From the NCBI RefSeq assembly GCF_003334785.1, contig NZ_QOWV01000003.1: a stretch of DNA of 64,000 bases; one strand, given 5' to 3'. This document shows, piece by piece, positions 23,818-35,778 of this stretch. A program made the translations under genes and the position numbers. Under the pieces are notes generated by a model that worked only from the letters and a program-made list of their open reading frames with translations, was not told the origin of the DNA and did not search any database. The stretch's first letter is position 1. Each line of letters opens with the position of its first letter. The DNA is from Escherichia coli (GTDB lineage: Bacteria; Pseudomonadota; Gammaproteobacteria; Enterobacterales; Enterobacteriaceae).

Positions 23818-25865
23818 TGCGTGGCTCCTTGTGCCTGTTCCGTGGCGGGCGTTAATGCCGGGGCTGTCCAGTCTGGCAAGCGGGCGAAAAGCTGGCAGAC
23901 GTGTTGCTCCTGTTTTAATAAGGTGGGCAGGATGGCCTGAGAGGCGGGTGTCTCTTCAAGCGTTATTTGAGGAGAACGGCTGAGTGCGGTTGCCAGACCG
24001 GCAGCGTATTTCTCCAGGGCGTCGGCAAACTGACCTGCTCTGTCCGGCTGTAGTGCGTTATCCAGCGCCTGCGCCGAGTTCCAGGTGGCATCCCAGGCGT
24101 GAAGAAGATCGCGGCCCTGACGAATAACCGTTTGCGAACGTTCAATCAGTAATGCGCGTTCTTCGCTGTCCAGTTGACGCTCCAGCGCCACGCGTTGGCA
24201 CATCTCTTCACAGGCATTAAACGCCGCATGCAGACCGATACGAATTTGCAGATAAGTGCGCAGAGCCGTGACTTCCTGCTGGCGTGGGATCCGCATTACT
24301 TTACTTAACATACCCAGCGTGCCAGCCAGTTTTTGCGGCAGTGTGCGCGCTTCACTTTCAGGCCAGACAAAGGTGTAAATCACCGCGGACACCACGGTAC
24401 CAATGATGATACCCAGGGCGCGATCGCGAATTTCCACCAGGTCGTACACTGGGCCAAAAACGTTTTCGAGCGTGGCGAGCGCGAAGGTGACCACCATCTG
24501 TGTGCCGATATAAGAAGAGCGTTCAGAGCTGGTGGCAATCCATGCGCCCAACAGGAAAATCGGTGCCAGCACAAACAGCAATTCGACAATATTGTCCAGC
24601 CAGGGCATGACCAGTAGCGTGAATAACAGCGCCAGAATCGCGCCGCAAAAGGCCCCGCCAAAACGCAGCACCATCTTCTGGTACGACGAACCGACATTTG
24701 GGTTAGCGACGATCACGCATGTCAGCATACAGGTGTGAATGCCTTCCCAGTCCACGCCGCTGTAAAAGGTGTAACAGATCAAACAGGCGAGCAGCGTTTT
24801 TACCGCGTAGCGCATATAGTCTGGATTGGTAAAAGCATCGGCGGCCATTGATGGCGGTTTGGCTGCGGGCGTTGGCGGCGTATTCGGGTCCATCTGACCC
24901 AGTTGTAACAACGTCTGGCAGATATTCTCCAGGTTACATTCCCGTGCCGCCATCGCTTCACTTTCACTGATCCGCCAGTCGCTTTGCCAGCACTGACCTT
25001 CAGCAACGGCATGCTGCAGCTTGTTGATTTCTGAAGCTAATTTTTGTCGGAATTCAATAATTGCCTGAGAATCAGCAAAAGAGGTGGGATCGTAGCGATT
25101 CAGCGTCGAGTAAATGTAGGTTACCGTTGCCACGCAGCTTTGCCACCATGCGTTTTGAGTTCGCCAGTTGGCATCGTCCGCGAGGCAAAAGACATTGAGT
25201 TTTTGTAGCGCCAGCGCCTCTCTTTCAATCCGCGTTTCGGGTAGCGGTGCGAGGCTGTCTGTCAGGTGACTAATGGCATCATCAAGCCGATCATTAAGCG
25301 CCTGATGCATTTGCGAAATGGCACGACTGGGAAACCACAGCACGCCGATTAACGTCATCAGCAAGGTTGGATAGAGGCCAACAACGATACACCACAGCGT
25401 TAAGCGCACGACCACTTCCGGATAGTCGAGCATGGCGGGGAAGGTTTGCCCGTAAATAGCGACAATGGCGACGGCGAAAAAGACCAGCCCCAAGCGATGG
25501 GTGCGCATCAAAAACATGCAGCCCATCAGGATCGGTCCGGCGATGATCAATCGGATCAACGGTTCGCCGTATGACCATTTGTAGATCAAAAACAGGCTGC
25601 CGATCTCCAGCACCGTGGCAACCACAAACAAGATCGCGACAAATTTGGTGTAAAACGCGTTCGACTGAATACCGTAAAACAGCACTGCCAGCGATAACGC
25701 CACAAAAGGGATCTCAAAGGTCATCGAGATCAGAATCACCAGCAGGCAGCCTACCCAGAGTTGCACGGTCTGCGGCACGCGACCTGGTCGCCGCTCGCTT
25801 AACTCTTCATGAAAGAACGCCAGCAGCCTGACCACCGGTAATGGCAGGGAGTTGAGCGCGCTCAT
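23814..25865 (-). CDS. mdtO: MdtO (SdsQ/YjcQ) inner-membrane efflux component, AaeB/FUSC-like, 683 aa
   Basis: Two hydrophobic blocks separated by a soluble domain, as in the AaeB family; TAATG overlap with mdtN. Confidence 0.93.
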   Translation of the reverse strand: MSALNSLPLPVVRLLAFFHEELSERRPGRVPQTVQLWVGCLLVILISMTFEIPFVALSLAVLFYGIQSNAFYTKFVAILFVVATVLEIGSLFLIYKWSYGEPLIRLIIAGPILMGCMFLMRTHRLGLVFFAVAIVAIYGQTFPAMLDYPEVVVRLTLWCIVVGLYPTLLMTLIGVLWFPSRAISQMHQALNDRLDDAISHLTDSLAPLPETRIEREALALQKLNVFCLADDANWRTQNAWWQSCVATVTYIYSTLNRYDPTSFADSQAIIEFRQKLASEINKLQHAVAEGQCWQSDWRISESEAMAARECNLENICQTLLQLGQMDPNTPPTPAAKPPSMAADAFTNPDYMRYAVKTLLACLICYTFYSGVDWEGIHTCMLTCVIVANPNVGSSYQKMVLRFGGAFCGAILALLFTLLVMPWLDNIVELLFVLAPIFLLGAWIATSSERSSYIGTQMVVTFALATLENVFGPVYDLVEIRDRALGIIIGTVVSAVIYTFVWPESEARTLPQKLAGTLGMLSKVMRIPRQQEVTALRTYLQIRIGLHAAFNACEEMCQRVALERQLDSEERALLIERSQTVIRQGRDLLHAWDATWNSAQALDNALQPDRAGQFADALEKYAAGLATALSRSPQITLEETPASQAILPTLLKQEQHVCQLFARLPDWTAPALTPATEQAQGATQ

Positions 25866-26896
25866 TATTGCGGCTCAAGATTAGCGACTGCCGAAGCGCC
25901 GATGCGGAACATTTCCGGGTCAGGTTTATCGACCATGATTTTGACCGGAAAACGCTGGGCAACGCGGACCCAGTTAATAGAACGAGACACTTTCGGCAGG
26001 CCGCCCAGCACCAGGCCGCCGTCATCCGGTAGCACGCCGTAGCCAATCGAATCCACTTTACCCTCGAAGGTTTTGCCGCTGTCACTCATCAGGCGAATCG
26101 TTGCGGGTGTACCTGAGCGAATATTTTTCAGATCGGTTTCGCGGAAGTTGGCGATCACATACCAGTGACGAGTGTCGATTAGGGTAAAAATAGGGCGCAT
26201 GGCAGAAGCAAATTGCCCGACGGAGGTTTTGAGGGAAATGACCCGGCCATCAAACGGCGCGCGAACGGTCGCCATTTCCAGATGCAGTTTGGTCAGGGCA
26301 ATATCCGCTTCGACCGCCGCACGCTGGGCAACTAATGCATCCACGCCGCTGACGGCGCTGGCGGCTGACTGCGCCTGTAACAATACGGCATTAAGATCCG
26401 CTTCTGCGGCGCGCTGCGCCGTTCTTGCACGGTCAACATCTTCCGCTGAGACAAAACCTTCTTTCAGTAATGGCTCGGTGCGGCGTAATGTATCTGTGGC
26501 CTGTTTCGCGGCGGCACGGGCTTTTTCTACCGTGGCATTAACCGAGTCGGCACCAAACTGTTGCGCGTCAACGCTACGCTGGGTGAGCATAATTTGCTTA
26601 TCCAGCGCCGCGAGGGAGGCTTCAGCTTTCGCCAGATTGGCTTCGTACGGGCGCGGGTCGATGCGGAACAGCAAATCGCCCTGTTTGACTGCCTGGTTGT
26701 CGGTGACCGCCAGTTCTACAATGCGGCCGCTGACTTCCGGTACCACATCAATGGTATCTGCTGACGCGTAAGCGTCATTAGTTGATGGCGCACTGTCTAC
26801 GCGCCAGATAACGAAAACAAGGGCAACCAGCGCCAACGCAACCACTAACAGAGCAGGGAATTTACTGCGAGGAGCTTTTTTCGGCGTACTTTCCAT
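25865..26896 (-). CDS. mdtN: MdtN (SdsR/YjcR) membrane-fusion (HlyD-family) protein, 343 aa
   Basis: N-terminal anchor, coiled-coil hairpin and beta-barrel regions typical of MFPs. Confidence 0.93.
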   Translation of the reverse strand: MESTPKKAPRSKFPALLVVALALVALVFVIWRVDSAPSTNDAYASADTIDVVPEVSGRIVELAVTDNQAVKQGDLLFRIDPRPYEANLAKAEASLAALDKQIMLTQRSVDAQQFGADSVNATVEKARAAAKQATDTLRRTEPLLKEGFVSAEDVDRARTAQRAAEADLNAVLLQAQSAASAVSGVDALVAQRAAVEADIALTKLHLEMATVRAPFDGRVISLKTSVGQFASAMRPIFTLIDTRHWYVIANFRETDLKNIRSGTPATIRLMSDSGKTFEGKVDSIGYGVLPDDGGLVLGGLPKVSRSINWVRVAQRFPVKIMVDKPDPEMFRIGASAVANLEPQ

Positions 26897-26914
26897 GAGC
26901 GCGTCTCAAATAGA

Positions 26915-27190
26915 TTAGAAAAATGCCAGCCAGAACAGCATGGCGTAGAGAGCAAAAAGGGCGGTATAAATAATTCCGACAAATGCCAGATTGATATTTG
27001 CCCGCTGAATAACTCGCCTCGTGATGAGCGTCAAAATAAGGCTGGCAATGGCGCAGAAAAACCAGCTGGGATAATAAGCGCCGATCACCGGGATTGCCGG
27101 AGATAATGAGCATCCCGAAACCATGAAGACGGGAATTATCCAGGCTGTTTTTTTGAGTTGCATCGCCATGCGAGAGAGAACTGTTGGCAT
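26915..27190 (-). CDS. ytcA: YtcA small lipoprotein/membrane protein leading the mdtNOP operon, 91 aa
   Basis: MPTVLSRMAMQLKKTAWIIPVFMVSGC lipobox followed by two hydrophobic helices; ends 18 nt before the mdtN start; track ORF trimmed by 16 codons. Confidence 0.75.
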   Translation of the reverse strand: MPTVLSRMAMQLKKTAWIIPVFMVSGCSLSPAIPVIGAYYPSWFFCAIASLILTLITRRVIQRANINLAFVGIIYTALFALYAMLFWLAFF

Positions 27191-27362
27191 ATTAAATACA
27201 TCCTGTCTGCTGCGAACAATATCTGTAGTGAATATCAATATCCATTGAAGGCGTCAGTATGGCTATTTTCTTGATGAATAAAAATAGCTTTATTCAGCCA
27301 CCGCATTCATAACTTATATATTTTATTTATTAATTGGCTGTATATATTTTTAAAATAAATAC

Positions 27363-27388
27363 TTTTGGGGGCTTCAGCGCCCCCAAAA
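27363..27388 (-). terminator. yjcS intrinsic terminator
   Basis: TTTTGGGGGC-TTCAGC-GCCCCCAAAA, 10 nt after the yjcS stop, followed by an AT/T-rich tract. Confidence 0.8.
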
Positions 27389-27398
27389 GCGAGTGACA

Positions 27399-29384
27399 TT
27401 AATTTGGGGTTACGATATTCACCCACAAATCGAAATTATCCAGACAGGCGATAATTTCTTCCAGTTTCGCGCCATTGCCAATAATTTTGGCTTTCTTCGC
27501 TTTTACCAGATCCGCCATTTTGGCTTGTCCGGTCAGCACGGCGTGCAGATCTTCACGGCTGATGTAGAAAGAGGCGTCGGCTTGCGGTTGCAGCGTTTTC
27601 CGGTAGTTAAGCACGCTATCGTTCAGCGTCAGGTTGAGGTTATCGCCGTTGCTCATATTGAAGTTCAGGCTGATATTTTTACCCGCAGCTTTCGCGCTAT
27701 CGAGGCGAACGGCCATAAAGTCGAACAGCATTTCGACCGACATCCCGCGAATGGTGTCCGGGGAACCGGTGGTGCCGTGGCTGAACTTATGCACCCCTTC
27801 GCGCAGCTCTTTCGCGCCGGTCAGGTAGAAACCGCGCCATGTGGCGGACTCGGCCTGATAGCCCAGCTGTTCAAAGTTATTCGCTTGCAGATTCTTCGCG
27901 ACCTGGTCACCCGGGTTGGCGGCAATCACCTGTTTCAGCAGTTCTGCCGACCAGCGGTAATCACCTTGCTTGTTCGCTTCTTGCGCCAGGTTGATGACAC
28001 GGGCAGAACCGCCCAGCGCCTGCACGTAACGTTTACCCATCTCCACCTGACCATACGGATGCAGGTTAGCCGGGTTACCGTCGTAATAGCCAAGATAGAA
28101 GTTATACACCGCGCGGGCGTTGTGGCTGACAGAACCGTAATAGCCGCGGCTGGCCCAGTTATTGGCAAGTGCAGGCGGCAGCTTAATCATGTCGCCGATT
28201 TCATTCATGGTGTAGCCCTGGTTCGCCAGGTGCAGGGTCTGGTCGTGAATGTACTTGATGGTATCGCGGTATTTACCAATATAATCATTGATATGCTTAT
28301 TGCCCCAGACCGGCCAGGTGTGCGGCATAAACAGCACTTCCGCGTCGTTACCCCACATATCCAGCGTTTCGTTCAGATACTCGGTCCACTTGCTGGTGTC
28401 GCGGGTTTTCGCGCCGCGCAGAGTGTAGAAGTTGTGCAGGGTATGCGTGGCGTTCTCGGCGGTACACAGGGCTTTCAGGGCCGGAATATAGAAGTGCATT
28501 TCGGCTGGCGCTTCGCTACCTGGGGTCATCAGGAAGTCAAACTCCAGGCCGTCGATAATCATCTTCTCGCCAGTTCTGACGATAGTTTTCGTCGGTGCAA
28601 TAATGCTCGGGTCGCCCGTTGCCAGCGTCACGCCAAGGCCATTACCCACATTGCCTTGCGCGTTGTGCGGCAGTAACAGACCGTAAGAGTAGAGCGCACG
28701 GCGGCTCATGATGTTACCCGCCAGCACGTTTTCGCTGATGGCTTCGTCCATAAAGCCTGCAGGGGCAATCACCTGAACTTTGCCGGATTTAACATCGGCT
28801 TCAGAGATAATGCCTTTCACGCCACCATAGTGGTCGGTGTGGCTGTGAGTGTAGATAACGGCAACAATCGGTTTTTGCGGACGATGCTGGAAGTAAAGGT
28901 CAAGTGCGGCTTTTGCGGCAGGCGGCGTCACCAGCGGGTCGATAACAATAATGCCTTTCTCGCCCTCAACGAACGTAATGTTAGAGATATCCTGGCCGCG
29001 CACCTGATACATTTTATCGGTGACTTTGAACAGGCCAGAAATACCGTTGATTTGCGACTGACGCCACAGGCTGGGGTTTACGGTTTCCGGCGCTGCGGCA
29101 TTAATATCAAATTTGTAATCGTCCGCGCGGTAGTAAACTTTACCGTTCGCATCACGCAGAATACCTTCATCCAGCAGCGGGGCGATAAATCCACGCTGGG
29201 CATCGTCAAAATCCTGACGATCGCTAAACGGTAATGATTTGGCGTAATTCTGATTAACCTGTTGGGTATATTGAGTGGCGGCTTTCGCTTCCTCTTTCGC
29301 GTTAGCGGTATTTACCATCATGCCGCTGGCGGCAGTTAACGCAATAACAATCCTGCTCAAACGGAATAACCGAGAGTTATTCAT
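27399..29384 (-). CDS. yjcS: YjcS, secreted metallo-beta-lactamase-fold alkyl/aryl sulfatase (SdsA-like), 661 aa
   Basis: Signal peptide [29 protein letters not shown]; [10 protein letters not shown] (HxHxDH) metal motif; long C-terminal dimerisation/SCP2-like region. Confidence 0.9.
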
Positions 29385-29614
29385 ATAAATCTCCATTTAT
29401 CATTTATGTCGTAAATATGTAATCCATGCAAAATACGTCATTTAAAGCTGGCGTTATCATAATTGGGAAATTGCGACTTTAATAAGTGGAAGTGTGAGCG
29501 GAACGCGCCATTTTATTAGGCATTTGTGCTGAAGAGGGAAAATTACAGTAAAACTATCATTGCAGAAAATAATATGAGTCGTTTTATGTGTTTATTATAT
29601 ATATTGTACCTGTC

Positions 29615-29649
29615 GTTGGCACAGCGGGACATTGCGCTACTGTGCCAAC
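29615..29649 (-). terminator. Hairpin just downstream of alsK (possible als operon terminator)
   Basis: GTTGGCACAG...CTGTGCCAAC 10-bp stem 8 nt after the alsK stop; no clear U-run on the minus strand. Confidence 0.35.
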
Positions 29650-29656
29650 GTTTTAC

Positions 29657-31265
<1,609 letters not shown>

Positions 31266-31275
31266 GTTCAATTCC

Positions 31276-32256
31276 TTACTTACTGATAAGACGGTCAAGG
31301 GCGACAGCCGCGATAATTAATCCGCCCATCACCACCAGTTGGTAATAGGTTTGTACCTGCAAAATATTCAGACCGTTGTTGATGGTGCCGATGATCAACC
31401 CGCCAATCACCACAGAGAAAATGCGCCCCTTGCCGCCGAAGAAACTGGTGCCGCCAATGATGGCGCTGGCAATGGCATAGGTTTCAAAACCCATACCGGC
31501 AAGCGGTTCTGCGGCACCGAGTCGTGCAGTTGAGACGACGCCTGCCAGACCTGCACAAACACCGGAGATGATAAACACCACCAGGATGTGGAATTTCACG
31601 TCAATCCCGGAATAGAACGCCGAATTTTTGTTGCCGCCCAGTGCGTAGATGTTGCGCCCGAGCCGCATACGCGTTGTCAGAAACCAAAGGATGAGCGCGA
31701 CAATTAGTGAGAAGATAACGGGGACAGGTATCCCAATTACGCTGGCGGCAAAGAAGTTCACGAAGTCAAATGAGAAGCCGTATACCGAGTTGGCATCGGA
31801 GATCACCAGCGTGATCCCACGGAAAATCGCGTTGGTGCCAAGGGTGATGATGAACGGGTGTAGCCCCGTCCAGTTGACCAGGCAGCCGTTGATCGCCCCC
31901 AGTGCGCCGCCAACCAGTACACCGCCAATCATCGCTGCGAGAAACGGGTCAACACCTGCCAACATCAGTTTGGCGGTCACCATACCGGAAAGCGCCAGAA
32001 TCGCGCCAACCGAGAGGTCGATACCAGCGACCAGGATAGCGAAAAACTCGCCCATGCCGATCAATACCGTCACGGAGCTTTGAACAAAAATCTGGGTAAT
32101 ATTATTGGTGGTCAGAAAATATTCTGGTGACAGCGAACCAAAGATGGCGACGATGATCGCCAGGATAAAAAAGGTGCCGTATTTATCCCAGAACAGCGCA
32201 AAGTTGAACGGTTTCTTCTCGCTCGCTTCGCTTTTTACTCTTGTGGTAAAGCCCAT
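31276..32256 (-). CDS. alsC: AlsC D-allose ABC transporter permease, 326 aa
   Basis: RbsC-like polytopic permease; overlaps the alsA end. Confidence 0.95.
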   Translation of the reverse strand: MGFTTRVKSEASEKKPFNFALFWDKYGTFFILAIIVAIFGSLSPEYFLTTNNITQIFVQSSVTVLIGMGEFFAILVAGIDLSVGAILALSGMVTAKLMLAGVDPFLAAMIGGVLVGGALGAINGCLVNWTGLHPFIITLGTNAIFRGITLVISDANSVYGFSFDFVNFFAASVIGIPVPVIFSLIVALILWFLTTRMRLGRNIYALGGNKNSAFYSGIDVKFHILVVFIISGVCAGLAGVVSTARLGAAEPLAGMGFETYAIASAIIGGTSFFGGKGRIFSVVIGGLIIGTINNGLNILQVQTYYQLVVMGGLIIAAVALDRLISK

Positions 32257-33767
32257 GCCATAATCTCCTCTTCGCTCATGTCATCGCGATTCGTCAGGAT
32301 TTGCGTCAGTCGTCCTTCGCAGAACACGGCGATGCGGTCGCAGACGGTGATAATTTCAGGTAGTTCAGATGACACCATCAGGATGACTTTTCCGTCGTCC
32401 GCCAGTTGGCGCATCACTTTGTAAATTTCGGCTTTCGCGCCAACGTCGATGCCGCGGGTAGGTTCATCGAAAATAATCACTTCCGGGCAACAGCACAGCC
32501 ATTTGGAGATCAGGACTTTCTGCTGATTTCCCCCGGAGAGTTCGGTGATATTCTGGTTTACCGAATGACATTTCAGCGCCAGCAGTTCGCGTTGATTTTC
32601 AGCGGTACGTTGCTCGTCAACTTCATGAAACAAGCCCATCGCGCCTTTATAGCCGCCGTCTTTCAGACTGCGGCTGATCGCCATGTTCTGAGCGATGGAA
32701 AAGTTGGGGAAAAAACCGTTATCCCGGCGGCTTTCAGTGATGTAAGCCATCCCTTTTTTCACGGCATCCAGGGGTGAACGTGGAGAGATATCTTTGCCAT
32801 TAAGACGGATTTCTCCGCCAGCGCGTTTATCCACGCCAAACAGACAATTCATCAGTTCAGTACGTCCGGAACCGACCAGTCCGGCAAAGCCTAATATTTC
32901 TCCCCGGCAGACGCTAAATGAGATATCCCGGACCTTTTTTCTGTCACGACTGGTGACGTTCCGCACCTCAAAAACCGTTTCGTGCGCAAGGTTGCTGACA
33001 TTCTCCTTCATCGCGTTAAAACGGTTTTGCAGTTCGCGGCCTACCATCAGACGGACGATATCGTCATTTGACACATCGCTTACTATGCCGCTGCAAACGC
33101 TGCTGCCGTCTTTCATCACCGTATAGCGGTCGCAAATACGGCGAATTTCCGCCAACTTATGCGAGATATAGACGATGGCCGTACCCTCTTTACGCAACTG
33201 ATTCATGATCAGAAACAGATAGTCCACCTCTTTATTGGTGAGTGAGGAGGTGGGTTCATCCATGATGATGACTTTGGCATCGAGCATCAGCGTTTTGGCA
33301 ATTTCTAGCATCTGCTTGTGGCTGATAGATAAATTCGCCACTTTCTCATCTAGATCAACTTTCAAGCCCACGCGTAATAACATCATGGCGGCGCGGACAC
33401 GCATTTCTCGCCAGTCGATAATATTGACGCCACAGATTTTTTTCGTCAGATGACGACCAATATATAAATTTTCCAGTACGGTTAATTCATCAATAACGCT
33501 GAGTTCCTGATAAATAATCCCGATACCGAGTTGTGCCGCTAATTTATGATCCAGCTTGTTATAGCTAATGTTATTAATGGTAATGGTGCCTTTGGTCGGC
33601 TCATGTATTCCGGATAAAACTTTCATTAGCGTGGATTTACCCGCGCCATTTTCTCCTAGTAATGCATGTATTTCACCAGGATAAACCGTTAAATTAACCG
33701 ACTTTAATGCGTGAACCGGACCAAAGGACTTGCCGATCCCCGCCATCGATATATATGGCGTGGCCAT
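32235..33767 (-). CDS. alsA: AlsA D-allose ABC transporter ATPase (duplicated NBD), 510 aa
   Basis: Two Walker A motifs (GENGAGKST, GLVGSGRT) and LSGG signatures. Confidence 0.95.
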   Translation of the reverse strand: MATPYISMAGIGKSFGPVHALKSVNLTVYPGEIHALLGENGAGKSTLMKVLSGIHEPTKGTITINNISYNKLDHKLAAQLGIGIIYQELSVIDELTVLENLYIGRHLTKKICGVNIIDWREMRVRAAMMLLRVGLKVDLDEKVANLSISHKQMLEIAKTLMLDAKVIIMDEPTSSLTNKEVDYLFLIMNQLRKEGTAIVYISHKLAEIRRICDRYTVMKDGSSVCSGIVSDVSNDDIVRLMVGRELQNRFNAMKENVSNLAHETVFEVRNVTSRDRKKVRDISFSVCRGEILGFAGLVGSGRTELMNCLFGVDKRAGGEIRLNGKDISPRSPLDAVKKGMAYITESRRDNGFFPNFSIAQNMAISRSLKDGGYKGAMGLFHEVDEQRTAENQRELLALKCHSVNQNITELSGGNQQKVLISKWLCCCPEVIIFDEPTRGIDVGAKAEIYKVMRQLADDGKVILMVSSELPEIITVCDRIAVFCEGRLTQILTNRDDMSEEEIMAWALPQE

Positions 33768-33800
33768 AAATAACCTCTCTGCACGAAATATCGTATTATT

Positions 33801-33883
33801 GCCTGATGGCTACATTTATCAGGTCTACGTTCAGGTTATTTTGTTGGCCGGATAAGACACTTCATTAGCATCATCATCCGGCA
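33801..33883. repeat. Degenerate REP pair between alsB and alsA
   Basis: GCCTGATGGCTACATTTATCAGGTCTAC and GGCCGGATAAGACAC...CATCCGGCA. Confidence 0.7.
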
Positions 33884-33893
33884 TCATTCAGTT

Positions 33894-34829
33894 TTATTGA
33901 GTGACCAGGATTGAATCGACCAGTTTAAATTCCGGTGCTTTATCCAGCGGGATAACCTTGCCGGATTTCTCAGCGTCAACCATCAGCTTCAGACCCGTTG
34001 CGCCGATATCCGCCGGGTTCTGGGCAACCGTCGCGGTCATTTGTCCGGCTTCCACCATTTTGCGGGCTTCCGGAATGCCATCTGTACCGACGACCAGCAC
34101 TTTTCCCGTTTTTCCGGCGTTTGCGACTGCCTGAGCAACACCCATTGCCATCGTGTCATTCGCGCAATAGATCGCTTTAATATTCGGATTACGTTGCAAC
34201 ACGTTAGTGGCGACATCCAGTGCTTTAATGCGGTCCCAGTCGGCAGGCTGGCTGGCGACAAGCTTGATCTGGCTTGCTTTTTTGAAGGCTTCGGTGGCAC
34301 CATTACGACGCGCTTCACCGGAGGCGTTACCGGCTTTACCCTCAATGATTGCGACTTCACCACCTTCAGCGCCCAATTTGTCAATAATGAACGACGCGCC
34401 TTTCGCCCCGACAGCAACGTTATCGGTGGTGACAAAAGCTTCCACATTGCCGCCAGCTTTTTTCAGATTATCCATGTCGATTTTTTCATCGAGATTAACC
34501 AGATAAATGCCTTTTTTCCATGCGCGGGCGACAGGCATGACCAGATTCACTGAGGATAATGGAGCGAAGGCGATACCTTTGTAATTTTTATTACTGAGAT
34601 CTTCAAATAACTGCAATTGAGATTGAAAATCGCCTTCTGAAGGAGAGGCAAAAATATCAACGCTGACGCCCAGTGTTTTTGCTTCATCTTCAATGCCTTT
34701 TTTCATATCTACCCAAAATGGGTTGGAGAGGGTTTTCAATACGACAGCATATTCGGCGGCAGCAAAAGCGCTGGTTGACAACATTAAGCCCACGAGTGTG
34801 CCGCTGAAATATTTCAGATATTTATTCAT
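33894..34829 (-). CDS. alsB: AlsB periplasmic D-allose-binding protein, 311 aa
   Basis: Signal peptide plus RbsB-like PBP fold; sequence recognised. Confidence 0.95.
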   Translation of the reverse strand: MNKYLKYFSGTLVGLMLSTSAFAAAEYAVVLKTLSNPFWVDMKKGIEDEAKTLGVSVDIFASPSEGDFQSQLQLFEDLSNKNYKGIAFAPLSSVNLVMPVARAWKKGIYLVNLDEKIDMDNLKKAGGNVEAFVTTDNVAVGAKGASFIIDKLGAEGGEVAIIEGKAGNASGEARRNGATEAFKKASQIKLVASQPADWDRIKALDVATNVLQRNPNIKAIYCANDTMAMGVAQAVANAGKTGKVLVVGTDGIPEARKMVEAGQMTATVAQNPADIGATGLKLMVDAEKSGKVIPLDKAPEFKLVDSILVTQ

Positions 34830-34887
34830 AATAATGTTCTCACGGTAAGGGGACAGGTAACTCCGCGATGGCGGAATTACCTTTTTC

Positions 34888-35778
34888 TTATTTCAGCGCG
34901 CCTGGTGAGAAGAAATCAACAATTGCGCCGGTTTTTTGCATATTAATATTAGCTTGTTCAATGTTGAGCTGGGCGACAGAGACAAAAAAAGCGTCCAGCA
35001 AAGTTAGTTGTAATATTCTTGCCGAGGCATTACGACCTAATAACGGCGTTTCCGGGGCTGGTGAGCAAATAATATAATCGGCCAGTTTCGCTATCGGTGA
35101 ATGGTAGCTATGGGTTATACAAATAATCTTTGCCCCGTTCTTTTTTGCCAGTTCTACGGCCGCTTTTACATCACTGGTTCGCCCGGAATGGGTCACTACC
35201 AGCACAACATCTCCTTCCTGTAACAACGAAGCGGACATCATCATGATGTGAGCATCAGGATAGGCCTGACAGCGTACGCCAATGCGCAAGAACTTGTGCT
35301 GTACATCAGCACAGATAGCATTTGATCCTCCGGCACCGTACAAATCCCGCTGTCTGGCCTGATAGAAAAAGCGGGCGGCACGGTGGATCTCATCAACGTT
35401 GACGATCGACTGACCTTCCATAATGGTGCGTAAAGTGATGTTAAATACCTTATTCACCACATCCTGCGGCGCTTCATCAAAAGCCAACTCGGAAGGCAAT
35501 ACCTGTTCTGACTGAGAAAAATAATCTTCCAGCGCACTGCGTAAGTTACGAAAGCCGCTAAACCCCAGCAGCTTTGATACCTTAACTATCATCGCTTCAG
35601 ATACCGCCAGAGCTTCTGCGACATCTTTAATTGCGGGTGCACAACTCAGGTTACCGGGTTTGAGTAACCACTCCACGATGCGGCTTTCATTTTCTGTCAT
35701 TCCTTCCTGCTTCATTCGCAGGTAAGGCGCTAACCCTATACCGTTCGGAAGCGCTGAATCAAACTCTGACTGGCTCAT
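34888..35778 (-). CDS. rpiR: RpiR/AlsR repressor (HTH plus SIS domain), 296 aa
   Basis: RpiR-type HTH then a sugar-isomerase (SIS) domain; track ORF trimmed by 11 codons. Confidence 0.92.
   Translation of the reverse strand: MSQSEFDSALPNGIGLAPYLRMKQEGMTENESRIVEWLLKPGNLSCAPAIKDVAEALAVSEAMIVKVSKLLGFSGFRNLRSALEDYFSQSEQVLPSELAFDEAPQDVVNKVFNITLRTIMEGQSIVNVDEIHRAARFFYQARQRDLYGAGGSNAICADVQHKFLRIGVRCQAYPDAHIMMMSASLLQEGDVVLVVTHSGRTSDVKAAVELAKKNGAKIICITHSYHSPIAKLADYIICSPAPETPLLGRNASARILQLTLLDAFFVSVAQLNIEQANINMQKTGAIVDFFSPGALK

Noticed and set aside
27393-28676. 427-aa plus-strand ORF antisense to yjcS. Similar long antisense ORFs occur at 8795-9958 (acs), 6989-7717 (actP), 38899-40182 (phnM/phnL), 41551-42321 (phnJ), 46303-47016 (phnD), 61954-62961 (adiA), 17500-18318 (gltP) and 13064-13828 (nrfC/D).
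   Set aside because: Each lies exactly opposite a well-supported gene. Their translations are low-complexity and rich in R/H/Q/G/V, with no motifs. They lack SD sequences and often start at non-ATG codons. Stop-poor mirror frames are expected opposite GC-rich, codon-biased genes.
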